Notes: generated by a model not told the origin, from the letters alone. A DNA stretch of 37,980 bases from Myxococcales bacterium (GCA_020430585.1 JAGQJP010000468.1:1-37980), one strand, 5' to 3'; shown: positions 18,543-27,174, counted from the first letter of the stretch. A program made the numbers and translations.

Positions 18543-18617
18543 TCAGAACCTCCAATCGCTTACCGCCCCGGCCGAGATAAGCCGGTGACATGAAAGACGT
18601 TTTCGCGTGTCGGTTGA

Positions 18618-18632
18618 GCTCGCTGGATGCCA
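18618..18632 (-). promoter_or_regulatory. weak sigma54-like element TGGCAT-CCAGC-GAGC (minus strand) upstream of ybjN-like/pspA
   Basis: GG-N10-GC spacing is correct, but the -12 reads GAGC rather than TTGC. Confidence 0.25.
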
Positions 18633-18647
18633 GAAAAATCGCGATCG

Positions 18648-18675
18648 ACATTATCAATTCTGGTGCAATTGTCAA
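18648..18675 (-). promoter_or_regulatory. candidate sigma70 promoter TTGACA-16-TAATGT (minus strand) upstream of ybjN-like/pspA
   Basis: By eye: perfect -35, 3/6 -10. Confidence 0.3.
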
Positions 18676-18763
18676 GGGCGGTTCGGCGCGGAAGCGGTTG
18701 ACGTCGTCCGACAAAGTTGGTAACCGATAAGCCCGTACCGTTCGCGAATCGAGGAGGTGTCGA

Positions 18764-21112
18764 TTGAGCTGGTCCCGTCGTTTTCTCGTGTTGGTCGTCC
18801 TCTCGTCCGTCGTCACGCCGGGTTGCAACGGCAAGAAGAAGGGGCCCTCCACGGGCACCCCTCCGCCAACGGAATCGAAGACGACGGGTAAACCCAGGCC
18901 GGGCGAGACGACGAATTCGAACAACCAGCGCCCCAAGAAGGGATCCGATCGCGGAAAGACGCCGACGCGGCGCACCGCGGACTACTCGGTCGTCGACACC
19001 CAGCGTTCGATCCGTGTCTTCGATCTGTTGACGAACTCACACCTGGCCCATAGCCAACGCGACGGTCTCTTCATCTCGACGGCGGAGATCGGCTTCTACA
19101 AGTACACGCACGGCCGCTGGAAGTCGAGCTTCGTCTTCAACGCAAAGGTCGGAGACGCCAAGGTCGCGCTCGTCGACGGCAAGCAGGCGCTCCTGCGCTT
19201 CCCCCTCGCGAGCGCCACCGGCACCGGCAGCTGCGCACTGCGGCTCGGGTTCAAGCCCGCCACCAGCGGCCAGCGCGTCAGCGTCTTCGTCAACGGCAAG
19301 GAGATCACCACCTACTCGTTTCGCGGCACGGCGAGAGAAGACGTCCTCGTCGCCCTCAAGCCCGGGCTGCTCAAGCGCGGCGAGAACAAGCTGCGCCTCT
19401 ATTTTCGCTCGAGTGGCACGCTCGCTGGCCACCGAACCGCGGGCGCCCTCTACTACGTCGCGGTTTCGCAGCACAAGGGGGGCGGCTTCCACCCCGAGGG
19501 AAAACGTCCGTCCCTCGTAGTTGGTTCGCCGAACGGACGCTCCCTCAGCGACCAGTTCTCGCGCTACGACTGGTACGTTCAGATCCCGAAGAGCGCGCGC
19601 CTCGTCTGCCCAGCCCGCGTCGTCGGTGGCTCCGCCGAGCTCGAGGCGCTCGTGCAGACGGATGGAAGCCCCGAGGTGATCGTCTTCCGACACTCGCGTC
19701 CCGCTGGATTGCATCGCCAAGGTGCCGATCTCGCGCGCTTCGGAGGACAGGTCGTCCGCCTCTCGCTGCGTGTCAAGGCCCCTGCGGGTACGACGGTGAG
19801 TTGGCTCGACGGCTGCGGGTTCTACGTGCCCAAGGTGGCGCCCTTCGCCGCCCCGAAGACGCCCGCGCGCCACGTCTTCATCTGGATGGTCGACACCCTC
19901 CGCTCGGATCGCCTGCGGGTCTATAATCCGAAGACCCGCGTCAAGACGCCGAATTTCGACGCCTTCGTCAAGACCGGCGTGACCTTTCTGCACTCGATGA
20001 TGCAGGGGGCGCACTCGATTCCGTCGCACGCCAGCGTCCTGACGGGCCTCTACCCGGGCAAACACGGGATGTACAACGACGACAACAAGCAGCCCTCGCG
20101 CTCGACGCTGCTCTCCGAGGTGTTCCAGCGCGCGGGATTTACCACCGCCGCCTTCCTCTCGAACGGCTACGTCTCGTCCGCCTGGGGCTACAAGCAGGGG
20201 TGGAGCTACTACAAGAACTTCATCCGTGACCGTGAGCCGTCCCATACGGGCTACGTGATGCCGCGCTTGACGAAATGGCTCGAGAAGAACAAGACCAAGC
20301 GCCTCTTCATGTACATCGCGACGATCGATCCCCACGTCGCCTATCGCTATCGCGAGGAGTACACCAAGCAATACGACGGGAAAGAGCCCTATAGCGGGCG
20401 CTTCAAGAAGTACTGCAACGGCTTCGACCTGGACAAGATCCGCAGCGGCAAATACAAGCTCAGCGCGCGTGACAAGCAGCGGATCAAGGCGCTCTACGAC
20501 GGCGAGGTGACCTTCAACGACCACTACTTCGGCGTCTTCGTCCAGAAGCTCAAGGAGCTCGGCCTCTACGACAACGCGGTGATCGTCGTGATCAGCGACC
20601 ACGGCGACGAGTTCTGGGAGCACGGCTCGGTGGGGCACGGCCAGTCGCTCCATGGCGAGCTGGTCGACGTGCCCTTCATCGTGCGCGCCCCGGGTCTGAG
20701 CGGCGGGCGAACGCTGGACGAGATGGCCGAGGGCGTCGATCTCTTCCCGACCGTGCTGAACCTGGCGGGGGTGAAGATTCCCGAGCTCGTTCAGGGCGGG
20801 AGCCTGCTGTCCCAGCTTCTGCGCAAGTCCTCACACATGCCCTGGCCCGGATTCGCCTCGCGCCCGCGAATCGAGCGCCCGATGCGGACCGGCGACTCGA
20901 AATACCTCGTCCGCGATCCCGACACCGATTCCCTCTACGATCGCCGCACGGATCCGCTGGAATTGCGCAATGTTCGCGACGACAAACCGATTGCGTATCG
21001 CCACATGCGTGATGTAATCTCGTTCTACTTGGCGTTCGAGAAACGCTGGCGCAAATCGGAGTGGGGCGTGCCCAACAACGTCACCCCCGCGTTCCACAAG
21101 GAGGCTCGATGA
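18764..21112 (+). CDS. sulfatase-like (alkaline-phosphatase superfamily) protein, probably a lipoprotein, with an about 340-aa N-terminal domain of unknown function
   Basis: The TTG start has GAGGAGG 7 nt upstream. The signal/lipobox-like N-terminus is LVVLSSVVTPGC. The AP-superfamily core shows FIWMVDTLRSDRL, SIPSHASVLTGLYPGKHG and ISDHGDEFWEHG. Confidence 0.85.
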   Translation: MSWSRRFLVLVVLSSVVTPGCNGKKKGPSTGTPPPTESKTTGKPRPGETTNSNNQRPKKGSDRGKTPTRRTADYSVVDTQRSIRVFDLLTNSHLAHSQRDGLFISTAEIGFYKYTHGRWKSSFVFNAKVGDAKVALVDGKQALLRFPLASATGTGSCALRLGFKPATSGQRVSVFVNGKEITTYSFRGTAREDVLVALKPGLLKRGENKLRLYFRSSGTLAGHRTAGALYYVAVSQHKGGGFHPEGKRPSLVVGSPNGRSLSDQFSRYDWYVQIPKSARLVCPARVVGGSAELEALVQTDGSPEVIVFRHSRPAGLHRQGADLARFGGQVVRLSLRVKAPAGTTVSWLDGCGFYVPKVAPFAAPKTPARHVFIWMVDTLRSDRLRVYNPKTRVKTPNFDAFVKTGVTFLHSMMQGAHSIPSHASVLTGLYPGKHGMYNDDNKQPSRSTLLSEVFQRAGFTTAAFLSNGYVSSAWGYKQGWSYYKNFIRDREPSHTGYVMPRLTKWLEKNKTKRLFMYIATIDPHVAYRYREEYTKQYDGKEPYSGRFKKYCNGFDLDKIRSGKYKLSARDKQRIKALYDGEVTFNDHYFGVFVQKLKELGLYDNAVIVVISDHGDEFWEHGSVGHGQSLHGELVDVPFIVRAPGLSGGRTLDEMAEGVDLFPTVLNLAGVKIPELVQGGSLLSQLLRKSSHMPWPGFASRPRIERPMRTGDSKYLVRDPDTDSLYDRRTDPLELRNVRDDKPIAYRHMRDVISFYLAFEKRWRKSEWGVPNNVTPAFHKEAR

Positions 21113-21585
21113 GCTTTTTCTCGCGTGTGATGCTGTGCGCCGTGGCACTGCTCGCCCTTTCCGGCGTGCAGTGCGGCCGTCGTCTGCACATCAAGAACAG
21201 CGTGCCACGCGTGGCGACGGTCGGTCCCGTGACCGATCTCGGTGGCGATCGCGTCGAGATCCGCTTCTCGCTGCAGGACCACGAGAGCGATCCGATCGAC
21301 GTCGATCTGAGCGTCGTGGACGAGCAGGGCACCGAGGTCGCTCTCGTGCCGGGCATCGGCGGCCACGGAACCAACGGGCTCTCGTCCAAGCCGACGGTCG
21401 AGGGCGCCGATCACATCTTCATCTGGGACATCAGCGAGTTGACCCTCAGCGGTCCTCTCCGCCTACGGATCGTGCCGCGGGATCAAGATGTCGAGGGGCT
21501 CGCGTATCTCAGTGAGCCGTTCACGATCGAGACGGGAATTCCCGAGCGGATCGTACTCCCCATCGAGTTGCCGCTGCTCGACTAA
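21109..21585 (+). CDS. secreted small protein (signal peptide, beta-rich)
   Basis: The internal ATG overlaps the upstream stop (ATGA). The N-terminus MSFFSRVMLCAVALLALSGVQC is hydrophobic. Confidence 0.7.
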   Translation: MSFFSRVMLCAVALLALSGVQCGRRLHIKNSVPRVATVGPVTDLGGDRVEIRFSLQDHESDPIDVDLSVVDEQGTEVALVPGIGGHGTNGLSSKPTVEGADHIFIWDISELTLSGPLRLRIVPRDQDVEGLAYLSEPFTIETGIPERIVLPIELPLLD

Positions 21586-21655
21586 GCCACCCAATCGAGG
21601 TCGTCGACTGGCGGCAAACGTCGGGCCAGCGCCGCCTCGGGTTCGATGCGCCGCC

Positions 21656-22522
21656 TCAGCTCAGATCGTGGAGACTGCGGGCGAGCAGCAAATTCACGCC
21701 GTTCCAGCAGACATGGAAGATCACCGGGCCCCAGATCGAGCGAGTGCGCTCGTAGACCCAGGCCATCACCACGCCGAGAAGCCCCGTGACGGGGATCAGC
21801 AGCGGAAGGCCGTGGGCCAGACCGAAGATCATCGCGCTGGTCACCGCGGCGACGGGGAAGTCGACGTGCTTGCGCAGCGTGCCGAAGATCAGATAGCGAA
21901 AGAAGAACTCCTCGTAGATCGGGGCGAGGACGGCCACGCAGAAGGGTAGAATCGCGAGGGCGATGCGATCCCGTTCGAGGAGCTCGACGATCTCTTGGGT
22001 ATTGCTCTGGCTCTCGATGCCGATGAACTTGAAGGCGAGCGAAACCAGCGCCGCGATGAAGAAGATCGGTAGAAAACCGAGGAGCAGGGCGGACGCGCCG
22101 AAGAATCCCGGGCCGTGGAACGACCGATCCTCGTCTACCGCCGAGCGCCAGAGAAAGAAGGCGGGCAGCCCCATCACCAGCGCTTTGCCGAGGATCTCGA
22201 GGGCGATCAGCTCCGTCGAGGAGAGACTCGAGCGCAGGCCGCTGATCAGCGCAATCGATCCCGCCTGAGCGATGAGATAGAGCGCCAGGGCGATCTTCAG
22301 CCGCCCGAGCTCGGGACGTCGCAACACGACCGCGGCGAGGATCACGCAGAGCAGCAGGTTCGGTAGAAAGAGGTTCAGCAACAGCGTGTTCGGCGTCGAA
22401 AGCTTGCCCAACAGGCCGATCGCGATGCTGATCAAGAGCAGGGGGATCAGCCCGACGAGCGCTGAGCTCAAGTCTCGGATCTGAAACGGAAATTCGGTCG
22501 GTTCGGGATTTGGTGTCGTCAA
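21656..22522 (-). CDS. CPBP (CAAX/Abi) family intramembrane metalloprotease
   Basis: Multi-TM protein with motifs EEFFFR, FGLAH and HVCWN. TTG start, 9 nt after the stop of the upstream gene. Confidence 0.88.
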   Translation of the reverse strand: MTTPNPEPTEFPFQIRDLSSALVGLIPLLLISIAIGLLGKLSTPNTLLLNLFLPNLLLCVILAAVVLRRPELGRLKIALALYLIAQAGSIALISGLRSSLSSTELIALEILGKALVMGLPAFFLWRSAVDEDRSFHGPGFFGASALLLGFLPIFFIAALVSLAFKFIGIESQSNTQEIVELLERDRIALAILPFCVAVLAPIYEEFFFRYLIFGTLRKHVDFPVAAVTSAMIFGLAHGLPLLIPVTGLLGVVMAWVYERTRSIWGPVIFHVCWNGVNLLLARSLHDLS

Positions 22523-22531
22523 TGCGCCGCT

Positions 22532-23599
22532 TTAGTTGGGGAAGAAGTTCACGTGTACCAACTGTTCGTTGTACACCAACGCGCTGCCCATCACGAACTT
22601 GTTTTCGAAGCGCAGGTCGTCTCCGTCGCCGACCGATACGTAGGTCTGCACGTCGACGTCGCCGAGGGCCTGGGCCACGGGCTTCTCGCTCTCACGAATC
22701 GAGTGACCCGCGATGCGATGCGACGGGCGCTGCCGTCGGAAGAGGCGCTCGAACCAGCTCGGCTTCCCGTTGGTCGGAGAGCTCCCGCGCTTGGGAGAGG
22801 TGGGCACGTAGATGTTGAAGTCTTCGTTGCGGTCGACGGCGTCGAGGGCGTACGAGCGCAAAAGCTTCGGAAACAGGCGCCCCAGCGTCGCGGGCTTGGC
22901 GAACGAGTCGAATACGATGAACTCGCCGTTGACGTAGACCAGGTTGCCGACCTGATCGCGGTGCGGGCGGAAGCGACGGAAATAGCTCTCGACCTCTTCC
23001 TCGCGGCGGCGGTAGAAGTCGTTGAAGGCGGCGGTTTGACTCAGCGTGCCGCTACCCATCAGGTAGTCGGTCACGGTGTCCCAGATCTCGCCTTGGTCGG
23101 CGAGGAAGCCATTCTTCAGGCGCAGGCTGACCGTCGTGCTCTTGCACTTTTGGCGCCGCGCTCGGGCGGTGTAGATCAGCTTCGAGGTGGTGAACTTCTC
23201 GCCCGACTCGTATTTCCAGCGCCCCTGTTCGACGCAGCTCACGGGAACGACGAGCTGGCGCTCGGGGGGGATCAGGAACGAGGCGTTGACGATCCGGTTC
23301 TGTTTGGCGCCCAGGAGCTCCTCGCCGTCGACCATCAAGACGTGGCGATCGCCCTTGTTGTGGACCCGCAGCTCGGGGATCGATCCCTGTTCGGAGATCT
23401 CGGTGATATCGACGCTCTCCTGCGCCAGGGCCTCGTCCAGCACGCGATACTCGAGCTTGGCTCCATTGCGATAGAAGACGGGATAGATCGCCAGATTCTT
23501 GTACGATTGGCATCGTCCGACGTCGATCTGCGACACGAATTGCTGTAGCACAGTTTCCACGCGAAACCTACCTGCGCTCCAGTCACGGCGACGGCGCAC
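22532..23599 (-). CDS. uncharacterized conserved protein (motifs NLAIYPV, LLGAKQNR, VPVSCVEQGRW)
   Basis: 355-aa ORF. I recall these motifs from a widespread DUF family (possibly DUF6569, annotated ARPP-1-like) but cannot verify this. The GTG at 23599 lacks an SD. The GTG at 23560 (VETVLQQ) has GGTAGG upstream and may be the true start. Confidence 0.8.
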   Translation of the reverse strand: MRRRRDWSAGRFRVETVLQQFVSQIDVGRCQSYKNLAIYPVFYRNGAKLEYRVLDEALAQESVDITEISEQGSIPELRVHNKGDRHVLMVDGEELLGAKQNRIVNASFLIPPERQLVVPVSCVEQGRWKYESGEKFTTSKLIYTARARRQKCKSTTVSLRLKNGFLADQGEIWDTVTDYLMGSGTLSQTAAFNDFYRRREEEVESYFRRFRPHRDQVGNLVYVNGEFIVFDSFAKPATLGRLFPKLLRSYALDAVDRNEDFNIYVPTSPKRGSSPTNGKPSWFERLFRRQRPSHRIAGHSIRESEKPVAQALGDVDVQTYVSVGDGDDLRFENKFVMGSALVYNEQLVHVNFFPN

Positions 23600-23694
23600 C
23601 GCGGTTGTTTTACCCGAGTTCGGCGTCGAGGTCGTTGATAATACTTTTTTATCGTACCGCAGGAACCCGCGCGGGGCAATGGAATTGTGTGCAG

Positions 23695-24546
23695 CTAGAG
23701 CCGCGTGACGAGAGAATCCGTGAGAGCGCGGTAGTTTTGTGCGCCCGTGGACTCGGGCTCGTAGCCGAAGATCGACTGTCCAGCGAGTTGTGCTTTGTTC
23801 AACGAGGTGTTGACCGAGATCTGCTCGTCAAAGAGCATCTCGCCGTAGCGTGACTCGAGGGTCTCGAGAATCGTCTGGTTCATCGTCACGTTGCGCCGAT
23901 CGACGCGGGTGATCACGATCCCGGCGACGCGGACGTAGTGGCCGAGTGTGTCTCCGATCGTTTCGACCGTCGAGAAGATGTCGTCGACCCCCTCGAGGGA
24001 GAGCATCGAGAGATCGCAGGGGATCAACAGTGAATCCGCCGCGAGCAGCGCATTGAGCGTCAGATTGCCCATGTTTGGAGGGCAGTCGATCACGATCACG
24101 TCGAAGTGGGTCCGCGCCACACGCAGCGCGTTGCGCAAGACGAACTCTTTGCCGATCCGCGACGAGAGTTGGATCTCGGTGTCGTTGAGCTGCTTGTCCG
24201 GCGGAACGACGTAGAGATTTTGCACCTTGGTCGGCACGACGATCTCGAAGACGTCGCGCTTCTTCGCCAGGATCACCTGCGAGAGCCGCTCGGACCCGAG
24301 ATAGCCGATCTCGTTGCGCAGCGATGTGTAGACGTGGCCCTGCGAGTCGATGTCGATCAACAGCACCTTCTTGTGGTGGTGCAGCGCCAGCGCGCAGGCG
24401 ACATTGACCGCCGTCGTCGTTTTGCCGACGCCGCCTTTCTGGGCGCAGACCGTCAACACACGGGCGCGTCGCCCGCCGAGATTCGGCTGCACATCATTCG
24501 AAACCAGGCGACGAAGGCCCCCACTGAGCAATCGAGCGACGTCCAT
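23695..24546 (-). CDS. ParA/MinD-family P-loop ATPase (orphan; no ParB nearby)
   Basis: Deviant Walker A (CAQKGGVGKTTTAVN) with DIDSQG and IDCPP motifs, and an about 27-aa N-terminal extension. AGGAGG lies upstream of the ATG. Confidence 0.9.
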   Translation of the reverse strand: MDVARLLSGGLRRLVSNDVQPNLGGRRARVLTVCAQKGGVGKTTTAVNVACALALHHHKKVLLIDIDSQGHVYTSLRNEIGYLGSERLSQVILAKKRDVFEIVVPTKVQNLYVVPPDKQLNDTEIQLSSRIGKEFVLRNALRVARTHFDVIVIDCPPNMGNLTLNALLAADSLLIPCDLSMLSLEGVDDIFSTVETIGDTLGHYVRVAGIVITRVDRRNVTMNQTILETLESRYGEMLFDEQISVNTSLNKAQLAGQSIFGYEPESTGAQNYRALTDSLVTRL

Positions 24547-24612
24547 CTCTCACCTCCTGCCGATCCGTCGGCGTTCTCTGCGCGCCCCCCCGGGTGCTTC
24601 CCGCGTTCGATT

Positions 24613-24627
24613 GGGCAACGGGTTTGC
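24613..24627 (+). promoter_or_regulatory. sigma54-like element GGGCAA-CGGGT-TTGC, also a 5-5-5 inverted repeat (GGCAA..TTGCC)
   Basis: GG-N10-GC spacing and the TTGC -12 are correct, but the -24 is imperfect. It sits 340 nt upstream of the L,D-transpeptidase start and 70 nt upstream (opposite strand) of the parA-like start, so its role is ambiguous. Confidence 0.25.
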
Positions 24628-24828
24628 CGATCTGTCAAGAAATCGCGTCCGCCGACGATCCTCGATCGCCTCGGATCTGGGCCTCGAAAATCATCTTCGA
24701 TCGCGAGAGTCCTGGAGTTTTCTCACGATGGCGACGAACGCTGGAATGATAACTTGCGTTCGCGCCAATCCCGTCTATGATAGTACACACTCGGCGTGTC
24801 GCCTTTGACACGATCGCGAGGCGCCGAG

Positions 24829-24882
24829 CGAGGATCGGCGCGCTTTCGATGGCTTTTCGCGCCGCCCGCGAGCCGATCCTCG
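24829..24882 (+). other. long hairpin: perfect 11-bp stem CGAGGATCGGC ... GCCGATCCTCG enclosing 32 nt that contain an inner GC stem
   Basis: Read directly, in the 423-bp intergenic region upstream of the L,D-transpeptidase gene. Confidence 0.4.
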
Positions 24883-24969
24883 CCGATGGTACGGTTGTTG
24901 CTCACTCGTCCTAAGGAAAGAGACGAAGCCAGGCGACCACCTTCTCAACCGATTTCTAGGATCAACGAC

Positions 24970-27000
24970 ATGTTTCGATACAAGACGCTCCTACCTCTGA
25001 TCACCATCGCGTTTCTCCTCGGAGGCTGCAAGGCTCCGACCTCGTCTCCGAACGAGACGCCGTCCACCGAGACGAAGGCGCCGACGCAGAACAAACCCGG
25101 CTCCGATCCGAAGAGCCAGACCGGTGGCGATCGGCGCGAGACGCCACTCGTCGTCAGCCCGCTGGACCCCGATCGCAAGCTCAAGCTCGCCATCGGCGAC
25201 TACTTCAGCTGGTACGGTGAGCAAGCCCGCGGGTTCATCAACCGCCATCGCTTGATGGTTGCCGCGGCGATCAACAAGAGCAATCGCTTTCGCGGTGCTC
25301 TGCGCGTCGTCTACAAGCAGAGCAACTACGGCTTTCACTTCTTCGACGCCAAGGGGGCGACCGAGCGCGCGACGATTCTGCAACAGTTCGTCGCCGATCT
25401 TCCGAGCCACGCGCTGGACAACGAGCTCTACTTCACCAAGACCCTGATTCCCGAGCTCGCCGCCGAGAAGAGATTGGCCGCCGAGTATCAGGCGCTCAAG
25501 GACCAACCCTTCAGCAATCCCAAGAGCGCCGCGCTCTGGGCGATCCTACGCAACCCGAAGCGTCCGACCGGTGACGCGCTCAAGCCGCTCTTCACGAAGG
25601 CGAATCTGACCGAGAGCGACGCGGCTCTCGTCGCCGAGCTGAAGAAGCGCACGCTCCAACTCTTCGCGCTGCGCGAGAAGCTGAACCGAGCGCAGATCGG
25701 GCTCGACATCAAGTTGATGCGCAACTTCTTCGTCTACAGCCTGAGCTTCAAGAACGTCTGGCTCTACGAGATCCTCAAGGAGAACAAGCTCAACCACAAA
25801 TACCAGAAGCTGGCGACGGCCGCGTTGATGGCGAGCTGGGCCGAGGTGACCAAAGCCAAGAGCTTCGCCGACGGTCTGCGTCGGATGTGGCCGCAAGATC
25901 CGCAGTACGAGCGCTTGCGCAAGGCGCTGGCGACCTATCGCGCCCTCTCCAAGGGGCCGCAACCGAAGAAGCTGAAGATCGGCCGCAAGACGATCTACAA
26001 AAAGGGCCAGAGTCACGAGCTGATCCGCGAGGTCAAGGCGCGCTTGGCCCTCGAGGGCTTTTACAAGGGCCCCAAACCCTACACGCGCAAGTTCGACACC
26101 GCACTGGTCGAGGCGGTCACGACGTATCAGGCCTCCCACGCGCAGCTCGAAGACGGCAAGATCTCGAAGTACATCCTGCGCTCGTTGAACATCCCCTTCG
26201 AGCACCGCGCAAAGGTGATCGCGATCAACCTCGAGCGCTGGCGCAAGTCGCGCGTCGTCTCGAGCGATCCGCGCTTCTTCCGCGTCAACTTGGCGGCGCA
26301 GCGCGTCCACCTGTACAAGGACGGCAAGGTGATCGAGACCCATCGGGTGATCGTCGGTTCGAACCGCAAAGACACCGACGCAACGGGGAAGACCGACCAC
26401 ATCAACCGCACGGCGATGTTCTCGCGACCGATGACGATGGTCGTCCTCAACCCGTATTGGCGCGTTCCTCCGCGGATCAAGAAGCTCGAGCTCGACAAGG
26501 AGCTCGAGCGCGAGCCGGACTACTACGAGAAGAACAAGTTCACCATCACGACCAAGCCCGACGGCACCGAAGTGGTCTATCAGAATCCCGGTCCACTGAA
26601 CGCTCTGGGCCAGGTCAAGTTTCTCTTCCCGAACCCGCATATGATCTACATGCACGATACGCCGAAGCGGCATCTCTTCAAGTTGCCCTATCGCGCCTTC
26701 AGCCACGGCTGCATCCGCGTGGACAAACCCGTCGATCTGGCGCGCACGCTGTTCAAGCTCGACAATCTGTTGACCGAGGAGCAGCTGAAGAAGATCCTCA
26801 AGAGCGAAAAAGAGACGGTGATCAAGCTCAAGACGAAGATCCCCGTCCACATCGAGTACTACACCGCCTCGGTGGCGGACGATGGGACGGTCGAATTCCA
26901 CAACGACATCTACTACTACGATCGTGACTGGTTCAGAGAACAACGAAAAAAAGCTCGCCTCCGCACCCAAAACGGCGTCCAGCTCAGCAACAAACCTTGA
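24970..27000 (+). CDS. L,D-transpeptidase lipoprotein (YcbB/LdtD-like: PG-binding domain + YkuD domain)
   Basis: The internal ATG gives MFRYKTLLPLITIAFLLGGC (lipobox). There is a PG_binding-like repeat (VKARLALEGFYKG...TYQASHAQLEDGKI). The YkuD catalytic region shows MHDTP....FSHGCIRV. Confidence 0.9.
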   Translation: MFRYKTLLPLITIAFLLGGCKAPTSSPNETPSTETKAPTQNKPGSDPKSQTGGDRRETPLVVSPLDPDRKLKLAIGDYFSWYGEQARGFINRHRLMVAAAINKSNRFRGALRVVYKQSNYGFHFFDAKGATERATILQQFVADLPSHALDNELYFTKTLIPELAAEKRLAAEYQALKDQPFSNPKSAALWAILRNPKRPTGDALKPLFTKANLTESDAALVAELKKRTLQLFALREKLNRAQIGLDIKLMRNFFVYSLSFKNVWLYEILKENKLNHKYQKLATAALMASWAEVTKAKSFADGLRRMWPQDPQYERLRKALATYRALSKGPQPKKLKIGRKTIYKKGQSHELIREVKARLALEGFYKGPKPYTRKFDTALVEAVTTYQASHAQLEDGKISKYILRSLNIPFEHRAKVIAINLERWRKSRVVSSDPRFFRVNLAAQRVHLYKDGKVIETHRVIVGSNRKDTDATGKTDHINRTAMFSRPMTMVVLNPYWRVPPRIKKLELDKELEREPDYYEKNKFTITTKPDGTEVVYQNPGPLNALGQVKFLFPNPHMIYMHDTPKRHLFKLPYRAFSHGCIRVDKPVDLARTLFKLDNLLTEEQLKKILKSEKETVIKLKTKIPVHIEYYTASVADDGTVEFHNDIYYYDRDWFREQRKKARLRTQNGVQLSNKP

Positions 27001-27013
27001 GCTCTCGCTCGAT

Positions 27014-27127
27014 GTGCTGATCACGCCCGAGGGCGAGGTGATCTTTCCCGACCTGCCGCGTGAGATGCTCGAGGTCGCCGTCGAGCTCGATCCCGACGAC
27101 GAAGAGCTGCGCCGACGCCGCCGATGA
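27014..27127 (+). CDS. possible small acidic protein with a poly-Arg tail (VLITPEGEVIFPDLPREMLEVAVELDPDDEELRRRRR)
   Basis: GC3 is high across the 37 codons in an otherwise intergenic gap. The start would be GTG with no clear SD, or an upstream start overlapping the end of the ldt gene. No family recognised. Confidence 0.25.
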   Translation: MLITPEGEVIFPDLPREMLEVAVELDPDDEELRRRRR

Positions 27128-27145
27128 CGTCGCGCGCGGACCCGG

Positions 27146-27174
27146 TTGTCTTGGCCGCGTCTCTGTGGAATACT
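27146..27174 (+). promoter_or_regulatory. candidate sigma70 promoter TTGTCT-17-AATACT (with TGg extended -10) for the NTPase-TPR regulator
   Basis: By eye, about 47 nt upstream of the ATG at 27221, which has a GAGGAGG RBS. Confidence 0.3.

Noticed and set aside
19037-20653. 538-aa minus-strand ORF antisense to the sulfatase-like gene
   Set aside because: It is a shadow ORF with no family motifs, and the sense strand carries clear AP-superfamily signatures. The same reasoning applies to 25546..27024, 27173..28066, 30657..32201, 34348..35499, 22553..23548, 17400..18119, 36907..37770 and 6987..7901.
23695-24546. ParA-like ATPase as a McdA-type BMC-positioning ATPase
   Set aside because: It lies about 20 kb from the BMC-P genes. 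No small charged McdB-like partner follows it, and it carries the ordinary KGGVGKT signature. This cannot be excluded, but nothing in the sequence supports it.
24741-24757. TGGAAT-GATAAC-TTGC sigma54-like sequence
   Set aside because: There are 11 nt between GG and GC instead of the strict 10.
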